This document shows positions 10,227 through 19,399 of a stretch of 64,000 nucleotides of DNA, piece after piece. Made by a program: the position numbers and the translations under genes. Source of the stretch: a virus (Duplodnaviria; Caudoviricetes). The notes beneath the pieces are model-generated. The model saw only the letters and a program-made list of their open reading frames with translations. It ran no database searches and was not told where the DNA came from. The DNA lies in the IMG/VR virus record IMGVR_UViG_3300027419_000032, positions 1,375-65,374 of that record. One strand, written 5' to 3'. How positions within the stretch are numbered: the first letter of the stretch is position 1; every line of letters starts with the position of its first letter.

Positions 10227-11819
10227 ATGATAACAAGTATTAATGGTGTAAACTATGAAATAATATCTATCGAAAATAAACAATATTATAAAAATAGATA
10301 TTGTAGATGCGGATGCGGAAATAGAATACCGTTTAAAGAGTGGCATAGAAGTGCAAGTAAAAAACTGCCTGTTTATTTTTCCCCGTCTCACTCCGCGAAA
10401 CATAAATTTGCGGAAGATCCAAGTTATCTTCAACAGATCAACGATAAAAAATTATCTTTGAGTCCGAATGAAGTTTTAATAAAGGGAGAGGTTTTTGAAC
10501 TTATAAAAGTTGGATAGGTGCTATATTACAAGGACAGGTTTTGTAAATGTGGATGCGGTGAGCTAGTTCGTTATCTGAAGACCCATAGCCATAATGGAGT
10601 TCCAGATAGATTACCTAGACATGTTTATAAGGTTAATCTAATGGATTGTAATGAAATATTTGAAATTAGTGGAATATTCTATTACAAATACAGGTTTTGT
10701 AAATGTGGATGTGGACAAAATTTGAGATTTTATAAGAATGTAGAACATGTGTATGTAAAAAATCATCAATTAAACGATCCAGAATATATTGAGAGAAGAA
10801 AAAAAATATTTAATACCGAGGAACATAAATTAAAAAATGGCGAGGCGCTGAGGAAACATTTTGCAGAAGTTCGAACAAAGGAAGAGTAAGAAGGATATAT
10901 TACTATTAAAGGAGGAATTAAAGAAAAAATAGAAATTATAGATGGTATAAAATATTATAAAAACTTTTTTTGTAAATGTGGATGTGGCGGCAAAATAAAG
11001 GTAACTAATTGTAGTATTAAAAACGGTGTTCCGAGTTACCTGGAAAATCACTGGAATTCGGGACGTAAAATAAAAATAGTTATTGAGGATGGTATTGAGT
11101 GTTGGGAAGGATTAATATGCGCCTGCGGTTGCGGAAAGAGTATTCCCACTTCTCAAAGTCGAAGTCGTGATAGAAAATATATTACTGGACATAAATCTCA
11201 AAAGACAAAATTCGAGAAAAATGAATTTTTAAAGACAAATAAAGATCTTATAGAGATTGACGGAGTTACATATTATAAAAATACCTATTGTAAGTGTGGC
11301 TGTGGAGCCAGAATTAAATACAAAAACCAACATAAGTATTCTGGAATACCAAAATATATTGGAACTCATTTCATAAACGATAAAATTTTTATGGAAAACT
11401 TAAAGAAAAGTGGCAAGGCGCGTGCTTTAGAGCAACTTTCTCAAGAAGGATCTTATGCGCAAATAGGGACTTATTTGTCTTTAAAAAGTAATATGTCGAT
11501 AGCATATGATTCTTCTTACGAACTAAAAGCAATGAAAATTTTTGAAAATGATCCAGCTATTAATTCTTATGGCAGGTGTAAAATTGGAATACCATACCTA
11601 TTAGATGGTGAGCTTCATAGATATTTTCCAGATTTTATAGTAAACTACCCTACGAATTCAAAAATAATTGAAATAAAACCCGAAAAATTTATTAATTCTA
11701 CCAAAAATCTTGCCAAGTTTTCCGCCGCTAGAAAATATTGTGAACAACATAACCTAGAATTTTCCCTCTTGACTGAAAAAGATTTAAACTTTAAAAAAGT
11801 GAGAAATACTGCTAACTAA
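10227..11819 (+). pseudogene. single reading frame with six CxCGCG Zn-binding repeats and a C-terminal TnsA-like PD-(D/E)xK endonuclease, broken by in-frame TAG (10515) and TAA (10887)
   Basis: ORFs 10227-10517, 10518-10889 and 10890-11819 abut in the same frame; nuclease motif YFPDF...IIEIKP in 11391-11819. Confidence 0.7.
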
Positions 11820-11842
11820 AATTTTTTATAAAAATAAAAGAC

Positions 11843-11880
11843 AATACAAGTAGATAAAGTAGTAACCGAAGCTTATAAAT
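11843..11880 (+). promoter_or_regulatory. 24-bp conserved box plus TATA box upstream of the methyltransferase operon
   Basis: AATACAAGTAGATAAAGTAGTAAC then TTATAAAT; identical 24-mer at 14289. Confidence 0.7.
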
Positions 11881-11905
11881 AATATAATAGCGTATTTAAA
11901 ATTCT

Positions 11906-12520
11906 ATGCCTTCTTCCGGATTCAATCTAATACCACAAATAATTGAATCGGTCAACATTCTAAAACCATCTAGTATTTTAGACGTTGGTTGTGGCAACGG
12001 TAAATATGGATTTTTATGTCACGAAGCGCTCTATTTTTGGAATAATATATGCCCAACAATTGACGCTATCGAGGGTTATCCTAACTATATCGGAAAATTA
12101 CAAAGAGAAATATATAACAAAATATACATAGGGGAGGCCCTGTCTATTCTAAAAACCTTGCCAGATAATTCTTACGACCTTGTTTTAGCTGTTGAAATCC
12201 TGGAGCATTTTTCAAAAACTGAAGGTATAGAATTCTTGCAATATCTTAAAAGAGTTGGAAGAAACGTTATCCTTTCTTGTCCTAAAATTACCAAACCTCA
12301 AGATGCTATCAATGACAATAGTTATGAAATTCATCGATCTCAATGGCGACAAAAGGATTTTGGAGAATGTGTTGTTCTGCCAAATAAATATTCTTTAATT
12401 ATTGTTATTGGACCAGATAGAAATAAAATCAAAACCGAAAAAGTTAAAAAATCAATAATAAGTAAACTAATGGAGATAAAATCATATGTACTACAACATA
12501 GAGGACTATTGGAAGAATAG
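11906..12520 (+). CDS. class I SAM-dependent methyltransferase
   Basis: motif I ILDVGCGNG; YDLVLAVEILEH. Confidence 0.9.
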   Translation: MPSSGFNLIPQIIESVNILKPSSILDVGCGNGKYGFLCHEALYFWNNICPTIDAIEGYPNYIGKLQREIYNKIYIGEALSILKTLPDNSYDLVLAVEILEHFSKTEGIEFLQYLKRVGRNVILSCPKITKPQDAINDNSYEIHRSQWRQKDFGECVVLPNKYSLIIVIGPDRNKIKTEKVKKSIISKLMEIKSYVLQHRGLLEE

Positions 12521-13034
12521 AGGAAAAGGTTATTTTGCGGAGTTCCAAAAGAGACGCAATCTTTTAACTAGATATAGATTCTGGCAACAAGAGAGAACAA
12601 TCAGAAAAACACTCCCATATAATGTTGAAACGGTATTAGAGGTTGGGTGCGGATTTGGCAGAATTACTAAAATCCTTCTTGAAAATCCAAACACTCAATA
12701 TATTGAAGCAATAGATATTTCTCCGGATCAAATTAATACCGCCAAGAAGAATATTACAGATTTAAGAGCAAACTTTTGGGTTAAGTCAATATTCGATTTA
12801 AATTATGATAATGATTTTGATCTTGTAGTCGCATCTGAAGTTTTAATGCATATACCGCCAGATAGATTTCAAGAAGCGATTGAACGGTTGCATAGAGCGG
12901 GAAAACAGGTATATCATGTTGACTGGTATGCACCCAATGAGCCAAAAACAGTTGGAGGTTTTTGTTGGCAACATGAATATATCGAGCCAATAGTTAAAAA
13001 ATTACATAGACAAGCTATTTATTTGGGACCATAA
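12486..13034 (+). CDS. class I SAM-dependent methyltransferase
   Basis: VLEVGCGFG; AIDISP; FDLVVASEVLMH. Confidence 0.9.
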   Translation: MYYNIEDYWKNRGKGYFAEFQKRRNLLTRYRFWQQERTIRKTLPYNVETVLEVGCGFGRITKILLENPNTQYIEAIDISPDQINTAKKNITDLRANFWVKSIFDLNYDNDFDLVVASEVLMHIPPDRFQEAIERLHRAGKQVYHVDWYAPNEPKTVGGFCWQHEYIEPIVKKLHRQAIYLGP

Positions 13035-13835
13035 ATGAAAATACTTACTAGTGTTGCTATTGAGCCCACAAATCATTGTAATTTCGATTGTGTCATGTGC
13101 TATAGAGGAGAGCGGGAACGCGGCTACATGTCTTGGAAAACTTTTATAGAAGTAATGTATCAAATAAAGAAGATTCGAACTATAAATCTTATTGGTCTTA
13201 ACTTCGCGGGAGAGCCACTGTTGCATCCCAATTTCCTTGAAATGATAAATTATATTAATTCCCAAAAGGATTTTCGAATAGTTCTACAATCTCATTTTCC
13301 TTTTGTGGCCCTAAAGCGAGGGTATTCTATTGCGTTTACAACAAATGGATCTTTGTTGATGCCTGAAAAATTTGATGCATTAAATGGAAAAGTTGATAGA
13401 ATTCAAATATCAATAGATGGATCGAAGGAAGATACTGAAAAACAAAGAGTTGGATCTTCTTATGATACCATAAAAAGAAATGCTTTGTATGCAATTTTTC
13501 ATAAAATGCCTAACACTAAAATAGCCATACACGCAACTAAAACTACTCAAACCCAAGAAAGTCTTAAAAAGTTTAAGTCTGATTGGCAAAACGCCGATGA
13601 AGTAACTATAATAGATGCTCATAACGAAAATTTAGTAAGATCCAGCCGCCTCCCTCAGTTGTCTCTATACTGTCACGAATTAAATCATTATTTAGTAGTA
13701 TTGTGGAATGGGGATATAACTACATGTTGCGGAGACCTCGCCGGAAGAAATATTTGTGGGAACTTATTTAATGGCGGAATTTCTAAAGGAACAAAACCCG
13801 GGTCTCTTTGTAAAGAGTGTAATATTTATAGGTGA
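13035..13835 (+). CDS. radical SAM protein with C-terminal Fe-S (twitch/SPASM-like) domain
   Basis: CNFDCVMC (CxxxCxxC); GEPLLHP; C-terminal C...WNGDITTCC...CKEC. Confidence 0.9.
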   Translation: MKILTSVAIEPTNHCNFDCVMCYRGERERGYMSWKTFIEVMYQIKKIRTINLIGLNFAGEPLLHPNFLEMINYINSQKDFRIVLQSHFPFVALKRGYSIAFTTNGSLLMPEKFDALNGKVDRIQISIDGSKEDTEKQRVGSSYDTIKRNALYAIFHKMPNTKIAIHATKTTQTQESLKKFKSDWQNADEVTIIDAHNENLVRSSRLPQLSLYCHELNHYLVVLWNGDITTCCGDLAGRNICGNLFNGGISKGTKPGSLCKECNIYR

Positions 13836-13840
13836 TTTAA

Positions 13841-14266
13841 ATGAAGAAAACTATTCAAGTGGAAGTATTTGATCGCATAGAAGAAAAACCCATCACCATG
13901 AGGACCAAGATTTACAAAACTATTGAGAAAGAAGTTGATGCCTGCGATCGGTGTGGTAAAGCATTTAATGGTGATATTCCAACTTGTCTGGGATGTGGAA
14001 AAGTTCTATGTTATATTTGCAATAGAACCGAAGATCTTGAACTTATTCAACTTTGGGTTGGCACTCAAGAAGAATATGGGGACAATTACCATATTGAAGG
14101 ATCGGACGACTTTGATGTTGAATACTTCTATCTTTGTAAATCTTGCAAAGAAAATCCACCAGAGAAGATTAAATTCTGGAATAAACAAAAAGATATTGAA
14201 AATCTTGAGGGCCAAATAAAGAAAATAACCCAAGAAATGATTACGGAAGCTAGAGAGGTGAAATAA
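13841..14266 (+). CDS. Cys-rich zinc-finger protein
   Basis: four CxxC pairs (CDRC, CLGC, CYIC, CKSC). Confidence 0.75.
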   Translation: MKKTIQVEVFDRIEEKPITMRTKIYKTIEKEVDACDRCGKAFNGDIPTCLGCGKVLCYICNRTEDLELIQLWVGTQEEYGDNYHIEGSDDFDVEYFYLCKSCKENPPEKIKFWNKQKDIENLEGQIKKITQEMITEAREVK

Positions 14267-14288
14267 TTTTTAATAAAATTTTTATGAT

Positions 14289-14326
14289 AATACAAGTAGA
14301 TAAAGTAGTAACAATAACTTTATATA
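14289..14326 (+). promoter_or_regulatory. 24-bp conserved box plus TATA box upstream of the aromatic-X-N/D repeat gene
   Basis: AATACAAGTAGATAAAGTAGTAAC then TTTATATA. Confidence 0.7.
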
Positions 14327-14347
14327 TAATAAAAACAGTATCTATTT

Positions 14348-14932
14348 ATGCCATGTGGAGGGTATTCTGACCATTGTGATATATCTGGATATTATATAGA
14401 TTATCTTCCACCGTTTTCATACCAGAATATGACTTGTTACGTTTGGAGCAATACCAACGAGTGTGGAGAATCTTATTTTGTTGATAATTCTGGATGTTAT
14501 AAGAACATAAGCCACAATAATTATTCTAATTATGCTAATATTCCTCATGATAATGTAGATTTCGACGACGGGGTGTTTGGAAATACTGTATTTCGCGACT
14601 ATGGGAATTACGCGAATATTAGGCACGAGAACGTTCCTGCCTGGAGTAATTATGTTTTTTCAACAGATTGGAATAATCATTCTGATCATGATAACAATTC
14701 CGGGAGTTCTTATGTACATACAGACTCAAATCCCCATACGGATTTGTGGCCTCATACCGATGATCCTCACGAAAACGATCCTTGGTATCATTGGCCTAAT
14801 TATGAAAACGTTCCATTTAATGATGGAGTATTTGGGAATATTCCATTCGAGAATGATCCTTGGTATCATTGGCCTAATTATGGGAATAATCCATTCTCTA
14901 ACTTTTGTAATCATACCGATACATATATTTAA
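14348..14932 (+). CDS. putative radical-SAM substrate/RiPP-like precursor with 35 [F/Y/W/H]-X-[N/D] motifs
   Basis: 35 of 51 aromatic/His residues are followed at +2 by N or D; internal duplications (ENDPWYHWPNY x2, DGVFGN x2); directly upstream of a SPASM enzyme. Confidence 0.75.
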   Translation: MPCGGYSDHCDISGYYIDYLPPFSYQNMTCYVWSNTNECGESYFVDNSGCYKNISHNNYSNYANIPHDNVDFDDGVFGNTVFRDYGNYANIRHENVPAWSNYVFSTDWNNHSDHDNNSGSSYVHTDSNPHTDLWPHTDDPHENDPWYHWPNYENVPFNDGVFGNIPFENDPWYHWPNYGNNPFSNFCNHTDTYI

Positions 14933-14946
14933 AGAGGAGACTAAAC

Positions 14947-16197
14947 TTGTCAACTATTTTAATTTACCCGAAAACAACTTGTGAAGTTGGTTGTGAATAT
15001 TGTTTTTCTAAACCAAATGAAAAGCAGGAATATGATAAAGAACAAATGATGATTGCCGTTAAAGAAGAAATTAGAAAAGATCGAATATTAAATAGTGGTC
15101 ACGACCCAACAGTTGTTTTACATGGAGGAGAAATATGTTTTCTCCCTTTGGTTGATTTAGAATATTTTTTAAAGGAACTTGAAGATATAGGAATAACTTG
15201 CGGTCTACAGACCTCTTTAATGGGTATGACGAGAGATCATGTAAGACTTTTTAAGAAATATAAAGTTAAAGTTGGAGTTTCAAGAGATGGGCCAAAAGAG
15301 CTAAACATAATGAGAGGTCCGAGAAATAAAGAGGAAAATTTATTATATCAAGAAGAATTAATTAATAATCTAAAAATATTAAAAGAAGAAGGATTGAGTT
15401 GGGGAAATATTTGTATTCTATCAAAGGTTAATGCTTCGAAAGAAAATCTTCCCATTTTACTGAACTGGATAAAAACCAATAAAATAGATGGAAGATTTAA
15501 CGCTATGTTTATTCCAACATTTAATGACAAGTTATCGAAATGGATGCTATCTTGTGATGAGTTAAAAAATGCCTGGATTGAAATATCTAAGGTTTCGATA
15601 GGGGAAAATATTTCAAATGTTGATCCTACGAGAGATTATATAGAATCTTTGTTGGGATACGGTACCGCGTCTTGTTCCACAGCCTCTCGGTGTGATTATG
15701 TTACAACAGTTTGCATTACAATATTAGGAAACGGAGAAATTAGTAGATGCGATCGGTGTCTCCAAGATGGAGTATATTTAAGATCTAAAGAAATAAAAAC
15801 TACTTCAAGAAGCGATATGTTAGAAAAAACCGAATGCGCTGGGTGTAAATATTTTAAGGTTTGTGGGGGAGGATGCCCATCGGAAGGAATTGGCGGGGAC
15901 TTCAGAAGAAAAACTTATTATTGTGATGCCATCTATGGTACGTTTGAATATTTGGAGAAGCAATTACGTGGCATGTTTCCCAATATAGTCCTTTCAATAG
16001 ATGATCCAAACTATAAGAGAAATGAACCATTTAACTGGTCAAGAAACATGCAAAGAGGGACGCGTGGTGGTAACATTTTATCTAAAGATCACAGTAAGAA
16101 TCCTAATAAACACGAAGTCTGTAAACAATCAGAATGTCGTGAAAGGGGCCATGTTAATACTCCTCACGGAGATCACATGAATCATATAAATAGGTGA
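14947..16197 (+). CDS. radical SAM/SPASM peptide-maturase-like enzyme (TTG start)
   Basis: CEVGCEYC; LHGGE; SPASM cysteines (C...C...GNGEISRCDRC...CAGCKYFKVCGGGCP...YYC); C-terminal tail GHVNTPHGDHMNHINR. Confidence 0.9.
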   Translation: MSTILIYPKTTCEVGCEYCFSKPNEKQEYDKEQMMIAVKEEIRKDRILNSGHDPTVVLHGGEICFLPLVDLEYFLKELEDIGITCGLQTSLMGMTRDHVRLFKKYKVKVGVSRDGPKELNIMRGPRNKEENLLYQEELINNLKILKEEGLSWGNICILSKVNASKENLPILLNWIKTNKIDGRFNAMFIPTFNDKLSKWMLSCDELKNAWIEISKVSIGENISNVDPTRDYIESLLGYGTASCSTASRCDYVTTVCITILGNGEISRCDRCLQDGVYLRSKEIKTTSRSDMLEKTECAGCKYFKVCGGGCPSEGIGGDFRRKTYYCDAIYGTFEYLEKQLRGMFPNIVLSIDDPNYKRNEPFNWSRNMQRGTRGGNILSKDHSKNPNKHEVCKQSECRERGHVNTPHGDHMNHINR

Positions 16198-16200
16198 GAA

Positions 16201-17007
16201 ATGTCTATTATTTTACCATCCAAGTGGAATTCTTGGATTTATGAATTTTCCAAAGAATCGCAAATGCTTTTTTCGCGAGCGGAATTTGAGATGACCGCCA
16301 TTGGGAAGAGAAAAGTGGGAACCATTCATCTAGATCCAAAGAATTTTGATATTCAATTAGAACAATTAACGGAGAGAGGGTTATATTTTGTCCCTATTTT
16401 TCGATCTAAAAGAAAAGAAGGATTTAATCATAATCTAAAAATCGAAGATAAAATATATAATGATACTATTATATATGGCGTAATTTCAACAAATTTAGAT
16501 TGCGCGAAAGAATTTAGAGATTTACACAAAACTTGCAAGACAGGACAAATGAATCCCTCACCAAATCACGAGAAAATTGGTGATCTATTAGGATATCCGT
16601 CTTGTTGTTCCCATTTTTTTAATGAAAATTTTAAGGACAACAAAGACCCCGTTTTTAGCGTGGCGGCCAATTCAGATTTAGAAGCCAAGAACTTTTGTTA
16701 TAATATTATAAATCCACCAAAAGAAAACGCCATTCATCTTAAGTATTTTGGGTTCAGAGTTATTCCTTGGGTTCCATGTTCTTACTACTGCATGGAAAGT
16801 CAAAAACATACTAAACAATGGATAGACCTAATGTATGAAATAGACCACGATAAAACAGAAAAATTATTAAAAATTTTATCAACTCCAGGAGAATTTAGTC
16901 TGGTGAACGGTCAAATGTTATGGAAATCTGATTTATTTATTGGAGTATGTGACGCTTTTAATGATTATTATATTGAGCCAAGAAAGATAGTAATCTCTGG
17001 AGAATAA
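16201..17007 (+). CDS. Cys-containing partner protein (LLGYPSCC motif, DUF483-like by recollection)
   Basis: LLGYPSCC and IPWVPCSYYC motifs; 3 bp downstream of the SPASM enzyme. Confidence 0.6.
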   Translation: MSIILPSKWNSWIYEFSKESQMLFSRAEFEMTAIGKRKVGTIHLDPKNFDIQLEQLTERGLYFVPIFRSKRKEGFNHNLKIEDKIYNDTIIYGVISTNLDCAKEFRDLHKTCKTGQMNPSPNHEKIGDLLGYPSCCSHFFNENFKDNKDPVFSVAANSDLEAKNFCYNIINPPKENAIHLKYFGFRVIPWVPCSYYCMESQKHTKQWIDLMYEIDHDKTEKLLKILSTPGEFSLVNGQMLWKSDLFIGVCDAFNDYYIEPRKIVISGE

Positions 17008-17822
17008 TGGCAGAAAGTAATATTACCGGAATTTTTACAATAAGAAACGCGATTGACGCAGGATATCCTTTTGTGGAATCTATTCTATCTGCACTTTCTT
17101 TTTGTGACGAAATTCTTGTAAATGATGGTGGATCGAATGATGGCACATTTCAATATCTTTGTAGGCTAAAAGAAAGTTATTCACAAATTAAAATATATAA
17201 AATTCCGGATAGAGGAAAAGCTAAATGGCAAGCGATTGATGATGTTCTAAACGTATTAATTAAGAAAGTGAAAACTGATTGGATTTTTGAACTTCAAGGG
17301 GACGAAATGTTTCATGAGAAAGATGTTTCTTCAATAAAAGATTTAATTAAAAATATAAATTGTTTAAAATATAATGGAGTGAGACATTCGCGTATAGATT
17401 TAACGTCGTGGGATACCAAAGTAAATAAACCTACATATAAAATGGGAACCATTAGACTGGTAAAGAACGTAGATAACCTTACTTCCGATTGGGGAGGGGA
17501 TCATTTTACAATAAATCATAATCCCTATCCTAGGGAAGGTTTTACTCTTCACAATGTACCGCCAGAATATGATGTTCAAAACTTAAATTTATACCATTTT
17601 TGTGATGTATTTCCTGGAAATGTCAGAATTAAAGCAAAAAGACATGCCGAACACCTCGCGAGCACCGCGCAAGATAGAATTGACGCATATAACTATAGAA
17701 AGAGCAATCATACTTCTATCACCTCAAGGAACTTATCTGGAAATAAGAAGGAATTTCCTTTGTTAATGCAGGGGCTTTATGGATATCAATATTATACTGT
17801 AAGGGAAGAATTATTTAAATGA
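17007..17822 (+). CDS. family 2 (GT-A) glycosyltransferase
   Basis: DEILVNDGGSNDGT; WIFELQGDE. Confidence 0.88.
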   Translation: MAESNITGIFTIRNAIDAGYPFVESILSALSFCDEILVNDGGSNDGTFQYLCRLKESYSQIKIYKIPDRGKAKWQAIDDVLNVLIKKVKTDWIFELQGDEMFHEKDVSSIKDLIKNINCLKYNGVRHSRIDLTSWDTKVNKPTYKMGTIRLVKNVDNLTSDWGGDHFTINHNPYPREGFTLHNVPPEYDVQNLNLYHFCDVFPGNVRIKAKRHAEHLASTAQDRIDAYNYRKSNHTSITSRNLSGNKKEFPLLMQGLYGYQYYTVREELFK

Positions 17823-18421
17823 AAATAGATCTTGGTAATTGTGAAACAGAAGTAAGTTATTTATATTGCGGAAGGCAAGAGTATTTTGAATTAGTATGCC
17901 CAAGACAGGGAAACGACAAAAATAAACAAGTAAGACACAACTTATTTGGAGTGTACACTACTCAATATAAAGAAGTCGCCGCGTCTCATGCTATAACGTT
18001 CGACATTAATGGTTTTGTAGAATTTGATAAATATGGATATGTTTATATATTAAATCCAGAAGATTTTATTCAAATAGATTCTTGGCAATTTATAAGTTAT
18101 GATCCAGTAAAACCAATTGCGTTTGAGGTTGTTAAGCCTATAGAATATTTACACAACATCCTAAATGGTGAATGGCAAGGAATAACTTCGCATGGAACAA
18201 AACGGTTAACATTAAAATTTAATTCGTCAAAAACTATTAAAACTGAAAGGGGCGATTACATGGTAAATGAGTTGAGCGATCCAAAAACTATTGCTAAAGA
18301 AATTTTACACAATGAAATAATAGAAATTATTAATAATTTTGACGCAGGTAAAATAGAACCTAGTGTTTTATGCGACATGTTTAGAAAACTTGATAAAAAT
18401 TGGGATGAGTTTATAAAATAA
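17819..18421 (+). CDS. hypothetical protein
   Basis: 200-aa ORF with 4-bp overlap to the glycosyltransferase. Confidence 0.7.
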   Translation: MKIDLGNCETEVSYLYCGRQEYFELVCPRQGNDKNKQVRHNLFGVYTTQYKEVAASHAITFDINGFVEFDKYGYVYILNPEDFIQIDSWQFISYDPVKPIAFEVVKPIEYLHNILNGEWQGITSHGTKRLTLKFNSSKTIKTERGDYMVNELSDPKTIAKEILHNEIIEIINNFDAGKIEPSVLCDMFRKLDKNWDEFIK

Positions 18422-18636
18422 TTAACGAAATACATCTAGAGAAACCCAAGTTGTTGTAAACACCGCAAGATCTTTATTTTTTGATCCATCTAAAAATTCT
18501 TTTATTTTGTTTGGACAATCTGAAGCAAACACTATACTTTTAGGGAATGTATCTTTTTTGTTACATACGAAGAATCTAAATTTACATGAAGTCATAAAAT
18601 ATAATTTAACTATAATCTATATAAGTCTTTCTGTAA

Positions 18637-18660
18637 TTTATTTAATTCACTTTTTTAAAA
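18637..18660 (+). promoter_or_regulatory. conserved late-gene motif TTTATTTAATTCA(C/T)TTTTTTAAAA
   Basis: recurs before eight gene blocks, mostly structural. Confidence 0.65.
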
Positions 18661-18707
18661 TCTCTTGAGTACCTATTCAAGCATTTCTTTGATCCAAGGT
18701 TGATTTT

Positions 18708-19259
18708 ATGGTTGCCGGTATATTTGAGGATAAAAGCAAATGGAAAAAGGGCGTTGTCATCTACGGATATGATGGCACAGACCTTGTTCCTTTGAAAATA
18801 AATGCCGATGGGGAACTAGTTGTAAACTTGGAGGCGGCGACGGTCAATATAGGCGACGTGGATGTAGCATCCATCGCGGCAGGAGCTAACCTAATTGGCA
18901 AAGTTGGCATCGACCAGAGCACGGCCAATGCCAATGAAGTGGTTGTGAAAACATCCGCGTTGCCAACTGGAGCCGCAACCGCCGCAAATCAAGGGGACTC
19001 CTATAGAGATATAGGTAGCCCTGTCAGGATCACCCACAATTCTACAAGCCAGTCAGTAGCCGTTCCAGCCAACGCGAAAGCGTTCGTTTGTATGGCGGAA
19101 GGCGGGGCAACTCGCTGCGAAATCGATGGTGCAGCAAGTGCGACTTCTGCGGTTTATGTAGCTGAAGAAGCGAGTTTATTTTATCCAATCTCTGGCGGAT
19201 CGCAGACACTGTACGCATATGGCACCGCTGGATATGGAAATTTTAGGTTCCTTGGGTGA
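18708..19259 (+). CDS. putative virion fibre/appendage protein
   Basis: A/G/V/T-rich; GANLIGKVG and LPTGAATAANQ segments typical of phage fibre proteins. Confidence 0.6.
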   Translation: MVAGIFEDKSKWKKGVVIYGYDGTDLVPLKINADGELVVNLEAATVNIGDVDVASIAAGANLIGKVGIDQSTANANEVVVKTSALPTGAATAANQGDSYRDIGSPVRITHNSTSQSVAVPANAKAFVCMAEGGATRCEIDGAASATSAVYVAEEASLFYPISGGSQTLYAYGTAGYGNFRFLG

Positions 19260-19264
19260 TTAAA

Positions 19265-19399
19265 ATGTTTAGATCATCAACTGGCCTTAGTATTTCCAAA
19301 GCAACTAAATATCTCTATTCGAAGGGAATCTATTACTACAGTTTGAATTTTGCGTATCCTTGGAATAGTTGCTACTTCGCGTTTCACTGGGGATTCTAA
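19265..19399 (+). CDS. 44-aa aromatic-rich peptide
   Basis: manual translation MFRSSTGLSISKATKYLYSKGIYYYSLNFAYPWNSCYFAFHWGF; stop abuts the next ATG. Confidence 0.5.
   Translation: MFRSSTGLSISKATKYLYSKGIYYYSLNFAYPWNSCYFAFHWGF

Noticed and set aside
10515-10517. Genome-wide amber recoding
   Set aside because: TAG terminates many evidently complete genes (e.g. 21230, 24518, 49109, 63726).
14947-16197. Anaerobic sulfatase maturase annotation
   Set aside because: Similar SPASM architecture, but no sulfatase is nearby, while a motif-rich precursor and a matching enzyme tail point to peptide modification.
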